From positions 32,001 to 96,000 of the forward strand of contig CAZYCQ010000001.1 of the NCBI GenBank assembly GCA_964645535.1: a DNA stretch of 64,000 nt, written 5' to 3'. A program made the translations under genes and the position numbers. Below the pieces are notes generated by a model. The model saw only the letters and a list, made by a program, of their open reading frames with translations, was not told the origin of the DNA and ran no database searches. Below are positions 57,835-64,000 of this stretch, piece by piece. The stretch comes from an uncultured archaeon (GTDB lineage Archaea; Asgardarchaeota; Heimdallarchaeia; Heimdallarchaeales; Kariarchaeaceae). How positions within the stretch are numbered: position 1 is the stretch's first letter; each line of letters begins with the position of its first letter.

Positions 57835-58829
57835 ATGGCTATACCTCCGAATTCGACAAGTTTCCAAAGGACATAGGTTGTCAGACCTGCGGCAAATGGA
57901 GTTCCCACGGCAGATGCCGCGATCCTTCCGACAGTCCGCTTATTCACGGTGCTTCTATTTGCAATCGCAACTCCAAGGAAAGAAGATACAAGAACGTGAG
58001 TTCCTGAAATGGGAATCCCCAGACTTGCAGAACCGGTGGTCACAATTGCCGTGGCCACCTGAACTGCAACTGCCGTAGTCGGACTCAGTTCGACAATATC
58101 ATTCCCCAAGGTAATGAGAACACGTCGTCCAATAATTATCAATCCAATTGCCATAAAACTCCCACCTAGAACGAGAGGAATACGTACAAAAAGACTGTCT
58201 TCTGTTCCGGCAAGAGACTGGAAAAGCGGGAGTAAAGGAGCAACTGCATTGGAGACGTCATTTGCACCTCTTGAAAAAGCGGTAATGCACACGGCTATCA
58301 GGAGACCATTCGCAAAAATCATTTCCAAACGGTCGACATCATCAAGACCTTTGATATAAGCCCGTTTCAACCTTAAAATCAGCTTCATGATTATGAAGGA
58401 TCCAATAAAACCCAAAATAGGGGAAAGAATCCATGACAAGACTATTTTGGTGACCACAGAAATCTGAAGTGCATCACTCCGCCCAAGAATTAAAGACATG
58501 GCAATCGTGCTCCCTACCATCGTATGTGTGGTAGAAAGTGGAAGCCCTTTCAAAGAACCCACAATCAGTAAACTTGCCACAGACAGAAGAATCACCAAAA
58601 CCTGTAAAGTCGTGTACTCAGTTTCCGTCAGATCAGAGCCCACTGTTTTCGCAACTTTGAACCCTAAGGTTGATGCACCCAATATAACAATGACACCGCC
58701 CAAAAAGACCGCCTGATTCACGGAAAGACGTTTTGAACCGATGGCAGGAGCGAACGTCTCGTCATTTGCACCAATTGCTATTGCAAGCAACATAGATATT
58801 GAAGTCAGCAGGATTAGGAAACTCTCCAT
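57831..58829 (-). CDS. pit: PiT-family inorganic phosphate transporter
   Basis: GAND repeated twice (IGANDE, RGANDVSNA), GLPLSTTH and GIPISGTH. Confidence 0.93.
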   Translation of the reverse strand: MESFLILLTSISMLLAIAIGANDETFAPAIGSKRLSVNQAVFLGGVIVILGASTLGFKVAKTVGSDLTETEYTTLQVLVILLSVASLLIVGSLKGLPLSTTHTMVGSTIAMSLILGRSDALQISVVTKIVLSWILSPILGFIGSFIIMKLILRLKRAYIKGLDDVDRLEMIFANGLLIAVCITAFSRGANDVSNAVAPLLPLFQSLAGTEDSLFVRIPLVLGGSFMAIGLIIIGRRVLITLGNDIVELSPTTAVAVQVATAIVTTGSASLGIPISGTHVLVSSFLGVAIANRSTVNKRTVGRIAASAVGTPFAAGLTTYVLWKLVEFGGIAI

Positions 58830-59421
58830 TTTGCTTTCTCCCAAAAAAACCCAAGAATAATAAATCCATCGGGTTAAGCCCGTAAAATTGGTTTATCTGA
58901 TTTGGAAAAAAATAGGGAAGAACGGGAATAGTTCAGACAAGCAAGTCAAGGGTTCTGGATGCAAAACAGCGGTTCATCCAGTGGATCTCAAACTGAGAAC
59001 AAATCTGCATTTAATTCCTTCAACTGCATTTTTTTTGGTCTGTGCATAGATTCCCAATGTACCTACCCATTGCCAGATTCAATATCAATAATTCTTATAC
59101 CTATTTTTGCAAATTTTTTACCATTCCAGAAATCCATAAGCATTTCTATTAAATAGAATAAAACATCCTTTCCGTCTAATCTTGTTGGTTTTCTTACCAA
59201 CTTTTCCTTTTTCATATAGCTGATGAGTGCTCTTATACCTACCTCACTTTTTCCAAACCATTTTCGGGAAGGTTTCAAGGAGATTGATTGCAAAAGGAAC
59301 TTTGTTGTCTTCTTTGTGTTAATTTAACTATCTAGACCCCAAATTAAAAGCTGATAGAAAGATTTGTCGTATAGCAGCCACTATACGCGAAATAAACGGG
59401 AGATTAATCATATCTCTTCGC

Positions 59422-59742
59422 CTATTTCATATATACTCCAATCAACAGAAGTAAGGATCCCAAAATTGCAAGCAGATTTCCTGCGACCAATGCAAGGACA
59501 AGCAGTACAATTCCCAATAGTGTCAAGTCATTTATTTTGATCTTCCTTATGCCAATGAGAACAATAAGTAGATTAACTCCGAGATTGATTATCGTTCCCA
59601 CTATTCCCTCATTTCCAAAAAATCCTCTTGAATTACTGAAGCCAACTGACAGTGACAATGTCTGTAGAACAATTTCAAGAATGGAAAGCACGCCACCTAT
59701 AATTGCAATGATCCTACCGATTTCAACAACTTGCCTGTTCAT
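59422..59742 (-). CDS. Small membrane protein
   Basis: 106 aa, almost entirely hydrophobic. Confidence 0.6.
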   Translation of the reverse strand: MNRQVVEIGRIIAIIGGVLSILEIVLQTLSLSVGFSNSRGFFGNEGIVGTIINLGVNLLIVLIGIRKIKINDLTLLGIVLLVLALVAGNLLAILGSLLLLIGVYMK

Positions 59743-59806
59743 GGCTCACTGATTGATTGGCAGTTAAACTATTTTCCTTTTCCTTCTGGATCATCATGAT
59801 TTTGCT

Positions 59807-60277
59807 TCATGCATTTTGAAGTGTGATGGAATAGGCTGATCCGTTCCATTGGTAGAATATTGAAGGAGCAACGGAATTTCCATTGATCGTTCCTGAAAAT
59901 GCGATTTCTGAAGTGTTGAACCCTAGGAGGTAGGTGGTGACAATCGTCTCTGAAATGGGGTCAATTCCTGAAAGCACTGCGAAATCATTTTCTGAAGTGG
60001 CGTTGATCTGGTAGTTCTTGTTTGCTATTTCATTGGGTAGGTTGAGCACAATCGAGAGGCTAAAGGATGAAGTTGAAGGATTGCCACGTAAGGCATCCCC
60101 TCGTTCGATCAGATCCAATATTTTTGCCCCTATGTCTGCAAGGGTTTCAGAAAGATTTGCTTCCAACACATTATCTTCGGCCCTATTTTGGAAATTGTTT
60201 AGGGTTAATGCAAAAGCGCCAAAAGCCAGCATTCCCAATAACAGGAGGCTTTGATACATGACAGTTTCATCAGCCAT
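59807..60277 (-). CDS. N-terminally anchored exported protein, archaeal pilin-like architecture
   Basis: MADET, then a hydrophobic helix, a long amphipathic helix and a beta domain with LNLPNEIANKNYQI; several sequons. Start moved to ATG 60277. Confidence 0.45.
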   Translation of the reverse strand: MADETVMYQSLLLLGMLAFGAFALTLNNFQNRAEDNVLEANLSETLADIGAKILDLIERGDALRGNPSTSSFSLSIVLNLPNEIANKNYQINATSENDFAVLSGIDPISETIVTTYLLGFNTSEIAFSGTINGNSVAPSIFYQWNGSAYSITLQNA

Positions 60278-60341
60278 CTCAAAATATACACAGAATTTCT
60301 CATTTAATAATTTGATCGATGAATGAAGGTGAAAAGAACAT

Positions 60342-61268
60342 TCAATCCCGGATTTGTGTACCTTCCACCAATTTTCGGATATGATTGAGAATTGCATATT
60401 TGACACCGATTAATGCCTCTTCGGAAAGGGCGTCTGCGTCTGGCAGGATGTTCTTCAATTTGGGGATCACATCCATCATTTCAGGAATGGGGGGAAAGAA
60501 TGAAAGGTAATAGCTTGGAACAAAGATGCACAGCTGAAAATACCCGACACGAATTCGGTCATCGGTTGCTTTAGGATCATCAAGCCGGAAACTGAAAACA
60601 AGAACCACGTGCGATTTGGCGGAACCTGCTGGAAGGATATAAACGGATTCATGATATGTATGTCCCTGTCCGGTCAGGATCAGGTATTCAATAGCCAGTT
60701 TATCCAGAAAATGATTGATAGGAATATCCACATCCAGATTGGGAATTTCATGGAAATCCTTCATCAAGACTGCCGGACCTTCACTTTTCAGCTGGAACAG
60801 GGCTGCAGGGAAGTTGTCAGGAAAGAAGATCTCATCTAGAGCCTTTTGTTTGAATCGATATTGTTCAATTTTTGAAACAGCATTTTCAATAACTTGGGCA
60901 AAATCCGCCAAGAAAAACCGTCCTTTATAGACCAAATGGTCGGCTCCGTATTCAAGCCATTTCAGAGTTTGCCTGATATTGTTGTCGTCTACAAGTATTA
61001 TTATTCGCATGGAAGGGAAGCTGTTCTTTATTTCCATACCGAATTTCTTGAAGTCGAATCTTTCTTTTCCCAAATCCATTATCAAAAGGTTCGGCCGGTA
61101 TTGGGTTAAAAGAGAAATGGGATCAACGAAATCCCGCAGTGGAATTGTGGTGATCTTGGTTTTGTAGCGTTCTGCAAGGGAATCTGAAATAATTGTCTTG
61201 ATGGGGATTCTTCCCTCCTCTGCTCCGTCAATCAGCATAAATGAGAGTTCGGACTTTTCTGAGATCAT
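60342..61268 (-). CDS. Response-regulator receiver domain fused to a longin/uDENN-like domain
   Basis: REC motifs MLID, PNLLIMDL, IIIL and GADHLVYK. C-terminus has LFQLKSEGP...GQG...VFSFRLDDPKATDDR. Confidence 0.6.
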   Translation of the reverse strand: MISEKSELSFMLIDGAEEGRIPIKTIISDSLAERYKTKITTIPLRDFVDPISLLTQYRPNLLIMDLGKERFDFKKFGMEIKNSFPSMRIIILVDDNNIRQTLKWLEYGADHLVYKGRFFLADFAQVIENAVSKIEQYRFKQKALDEIFFPDNFPAALFQLKSEGPAVLMKDFHEIPNLDVDIPINHFLDKLAIEYLILTGQGHTYHESVYILPAGSAKSHVVLVFSFRLDDPKATDDRIRVGYFQLCIFVPSYYLSFFPPIPEMMDVIPKLKNILPDADALSEEALIGVKYAILNHIRKLVEGTQIRD

Positions 61269-61387
61269 GTGGATTGAAAAAACCTCTATTTACTATTAGA
61301 TTCGTATCTTTTAAGAATAAAAGCATTTTTGTTATTTGTCTCCGCTAGAGATAAAATGAGAAGGTCTCCACAACAATTAGGCTTTTA

Positions 61388-62047
61388 TTGGCAGACTTGT
61401 TCTTTCTGATTGTGGTGGACTTTGACATCATCGAACCTGAAGGGGAGGTTCCATATAAGGTCGGACTGGATCTTCAAATGGAGTGTTGGAAGGAAGTTCA
61501 AGAAGGCGGAAAAAGTAAAGTAATCTTTCTTGAACATTCCCCTACAATTACGCTTGGAAGAAGAACGAAACAGTCACATCTTTTCCATACGATTGATGAA
61601 TACAGGGAAATGGGGATTGAAGTCGTGAAGGTGGATCGAGGCGGTTCAGTCACCTATCATGGCCCCGGACAACTTGTCGGGTATATCATCACAAAAGTCT
61701 CCAAACATGGAGGAACTCACAACCTAGTCACAAAGACAATGGCGCTTCTTGAAAAGGCAATCCACGATTTGGGCATCCAATGCAGAAAAAACAATGAATT
61801 TCCGGGAATTTGGACAGAAACCAAACCCATGAAGAAATTGGCGGCAATTGGAATGCAGATTAAATCAGGAGTTTCTCTTCATGGGTTCGCAGTTAACGTT
61901 GATCTTGACCTTGAACCATTTACCAAAATTCTTCCTTGCGGTTTACCTGAACCAGTGTCGACACTGAGCATTGAATTGGGTAGGAAGGTGAGGGTACAAG
62001 AAACAAAATACAAAATCTCCATGCTTCTACCGGATTTCCTCTTTTAA
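61388..62047 (+). CDS. lipB: Lipoyl(octanoyl) transferase
   Basis: LEHSPTITLG, DRGGSVTYHGPGQLVGY, KLAAIG, HGFAVN and ILPCG. Confidence 0.94.
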   Translation: MADLFFLIVVDFDIIEPEGEVPYKVGLDLQMECWKEVQEGGKSKVIFLEHSPTITLGRRTKQSHLFHTIDEYREMGIEVVKVDRGGSVTYHGPGQLVGYIITKVSKHGGTHNLVTKTMALLEKAIHDLGIQCRKNNEFPGIWTETKPMKKLAAIGMQIKSGVSLHGFAVNVDLDLEPFTKILPCGLPEPVSTLSIELGRKVRVQETKYKISMLLPDFLF

Positions 62048-63726
62048 AGCAGGTCTTGTTCAGAGCCAGGGTTCTGAAGCATCATTTTACGTAAAAGGCT
62101 TATTGGTGGACTACCATAGCTGAGAAGTGAATCATGGAAAGTTTTCAGATTGAATTCTCCGCCTTTTTCTTGTTCATAATCCCTTCTCAATTTTTTGATT
62201 AGAAGTTTGCCAAGTGTATAATTAAGATACATAGGATTGACAGTCCCTCTTGAAGCTTCAACCATGGCCGCCGGTTCAGTCATGAAAGCCTTTTCCATGA
62301 ACAGTTGCTTGGCTTCCTGTACTGTCATTCCTTTTGTATGCATTTTGATTGCCGCTACGTAACGGCAGTTGCGGATCAAAGCACCCAGAAGTTGACCGAC
62401 ATGCAACTTTGTCCTGTCAAATGGATCATATCCTTCTTCATAGACCATTTCCTCAGTATAATGAGCATATCCCTCTATCATTGTGACAGATCTGGCGAAC
62501 ATCTTGATCAAGTCAGATTCTGCAGATCGATTGTAGAGAAGTTGTAGGTAATGACCTGGCCAAACTTCATGGATAGTGACCATCTCCAAAAACGCATGGG
62601 AAAAAAACCTGAGAAAATCCTTTCGTTTTTCCTCAGGCCATGCCGGATCAGGGGGTGTCACCCAATAGTACGCTTCAGAGGCTTCATCCTTTTCGAAGGG
62701 ACCTGGTGTTGACATAGCGGCAAATGCAAAGCCTCGGGCAAATTTTGGAGTCGGAACAACATTGCATTGCTGTGTTGTGGGCAATGTCACGATATCCTTT
62801 TTGATCAGAAAATCTCGAGTGCGGTCAAGTGATTTTAACACAGTCGGAATCAAGTCCTCTTCAGAAGGATGATCGTTTTGCACAGCATGAATGTAATCAG
62901 CCCCCCTTTCGTCCAATATTTTCTTCATTTCGTAATAATTGCTCTCTAAATCTTCTTCACCCACTTTTAGAAGGTAATCAAGATCCAAATTGATCGATTC
63001 TGTCTTACTTAGCAGTTTTGAGAATTTCTCGGCACCCATAGCAAAGTCATCATGAGATTTAGGTAGGTAGTCTTTTGCCAAGCTGTCGAAAAATTCGGAT
63101 AATGCCCCTACTGCACGGATGTTGGCTTCTGACCATTCTTGGATAAGGTCTTCATCATCTGCTTGAACTATGAAGGAGATGAGATTATCTTTAAGAAAAG
63201 TCATAACTCCTTTAAGAAATTGCATTGCCATGTTTAGTTTTGCGGAAGGCAAGGATTGTTTCAGGTTTTCTTTTGCAGTCATCAGATATCGGGGGATCTG
63301 TTTTTCCATGGAAATGATTGACCTGATTCTATTTTCGACGGTATCAAAAGATCTGGCAACGTACGAAGTTTCAATCATCGTCAACGGAAAAATATAGATC
63401 AACGGATTTTCCTCAAACTCTCTGTGCTCGGTGAGATAGAACAGTTCTTCCTCTAGTCTCATTCGAACCAGTTCAAGTTCAAATTCTTCAAATTTATTTT
63501 TGAAAGGAAGCCGACTTACATATTCTATGTCATTCTTTAGTTCTTCAACCCTTTTTTCGATCCTTTCTTTAGAATAATCTGGAAGAAAGCCATCATATTC
63601 ATGAATGCCTAGGGAGTGAGCTGTTGAAGGATTGGCAGATAGCCACCGTTGAACTACACCATGAAGATCCTTCCGTATTGAAAAATCCATAGGATGTCTT
63701 CCTGTAGTAGTTCTTAAATTTTTCAT
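62044..63726 (-). CDS. DUF885-family putative metallopeptidase (start possibly 63690)
   Basis: P..A..LG.HEYD..LPD, HEVWPGHYLQ, EGYAHYTE and YTLGKL. Confidence 0.85.
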   Translation of the reverse strand: MKNLRTTTGRHPMDFSIRKDLHGVVQRWLSANPSTAHSLGIHEYDGFLPDYSKERIEKRVEELKNDIEYVSRLPFKNKFEEFELELVRMRLEEELFYLTEHREFEENPLIYIFPLTMIETSYVARSFDTVENRIRSIISMEKQIPRYLMTAKENLKQSLPSAKLNMAMQFLKGVMTFLKDNLISFIVQADDEDLIQEWSEANIRAVGALSEFFDSLAKDYLPKSHDDFAMGAEKFSKLLSKTESINLDLDYLLKVGEEDLESNYYEMKKILDERGADYIHAVQNDHPSEEDLIPTVLKSLDRTRDFLIKKDIVTLPTTQQCNVVPTPKFARGFAFAAMSTPGPFEKDEASEAYYWVTPPDPAWPEEKRKDFLRFFSHAFLEMVTIHEVWPGHYLQLLYNRSAESDLIKMFARSVTMIEGYAHYTEEMVYEEGYDPFDRTKLHVGQLLGALIRNCRYVAAIKMHTKGMTVQEAKQLFMEKAFMTEPAAMVEASRGTVNPMYLNYTLGKLLIKKLRRDYEQEKGGEFNLKTFHDSLLSYGSPPISLLRKMMLQNPGSEQDLL

Positions 63727-63810
63727 ATTTCGGTGGGCAAGAATGTTCCATAAACTTCCTTATATAATAGCTAGGTAATTAATATTAGAGAACAGAAAAG
63801 GAGGATCAAA

Positions 63811-64000
63811 ATGAAACTAAAAACCAATTACCTTTTTGTTCTGCTAATTATTGCAGGATTGATTTTTGCCGCGGTTCCTTCAAAGCAGGTGCTTGCGGAT
63901 GAAAATGACACAGATCATACTGAAACATCAGATGACCACTCAGATGATCATTCAGATGACCACTCAGATGATCATTCAGATGACCACACTGATGACCACT
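63811..64000 (+). CDS. Secreted protein with Asp/His-rich repeat, truncated at the window end (not in the ORF track)
   Basis: AGGAGG SD; MKLKTNYLFVLLIIAGLIFAAVPSKQVLADENDTDHTETSDDHSDDHSDDHSDDHSDDHTDDH. Confidence 0.75.
   Translation, partial: MKLKTNYLFVLLIIAGLIFAAVPSKQVLADENDTDHTETSDDHSDDHSDDHSDDHSDDHTDDH
63928..63999 (+). repeat. Coding 12-nt tandem repeat (6 copies) encoding (S/T)DDH
   Basis: TCAGATGACCAC and TCAGATGATCAT alternate, followed by ACTGATGACCAC. Confidence 0.9.

Noticed and set aside
58845-59421. Short ORF 59063-59293 resembling a winged-helix fragment in a ~570-nt gap
   Set aside because: TTG start, no clear N-terminal helix and only weak similarity; it may be a gene remnant but I cannot support a call.
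63928-63999. Possible CRISPR array
   Set aside because: The 12-nt units are contiguous with no spacers and in frame within a signal-peptide ORF; no cas genes are present.

Overview
AT-rich, gene-dense archaeal chromosomal segment with no prophage, IS element or CRISPR array. Archaeal markers (eS1/S3Ae, TiaS, TFB, Bud32, geranylgeranyl reductase, a BHB tRNA intron) occur together with several eukaryote-like proteins, which points to an Asgard archaeon, probably Heimdallarchaeia (inference). Housekeeping content includes AlaX, Nth, OppD/F, PdxS/T, RdgB, SerRS, a MoxR/DUF58 operon, PiT/DUF47, LipB and two tRNAs. The best candidate for a new system is at 49.4-54.6 kb: a tail-anchored, syntaxin-like Q-SNARE (50556-51284) with a complete 16-layer heptad register and zero-layer Gln, a co-oriented unknown gene downstream, and two divergent membrane proteins with PH-like repeats. 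Other highlights are a longin-like gene followed by an 8x winged-helix/Zn-ribbon/RING protein, a PIG-B/ALG9-like GT22 mannosyltransferase beside C-terminally anchored glycoproteins, a nickel SOD pair (sodX-sodN), a PIN-helical-OB nuclease, a receiver domain fused to a longin/uDENN-like domain, and a tRNA-Arg(TCG) with a 30-nt BHB intron in the T-loop (59/60). All family calls come from motif recognition by eye, not database searches.
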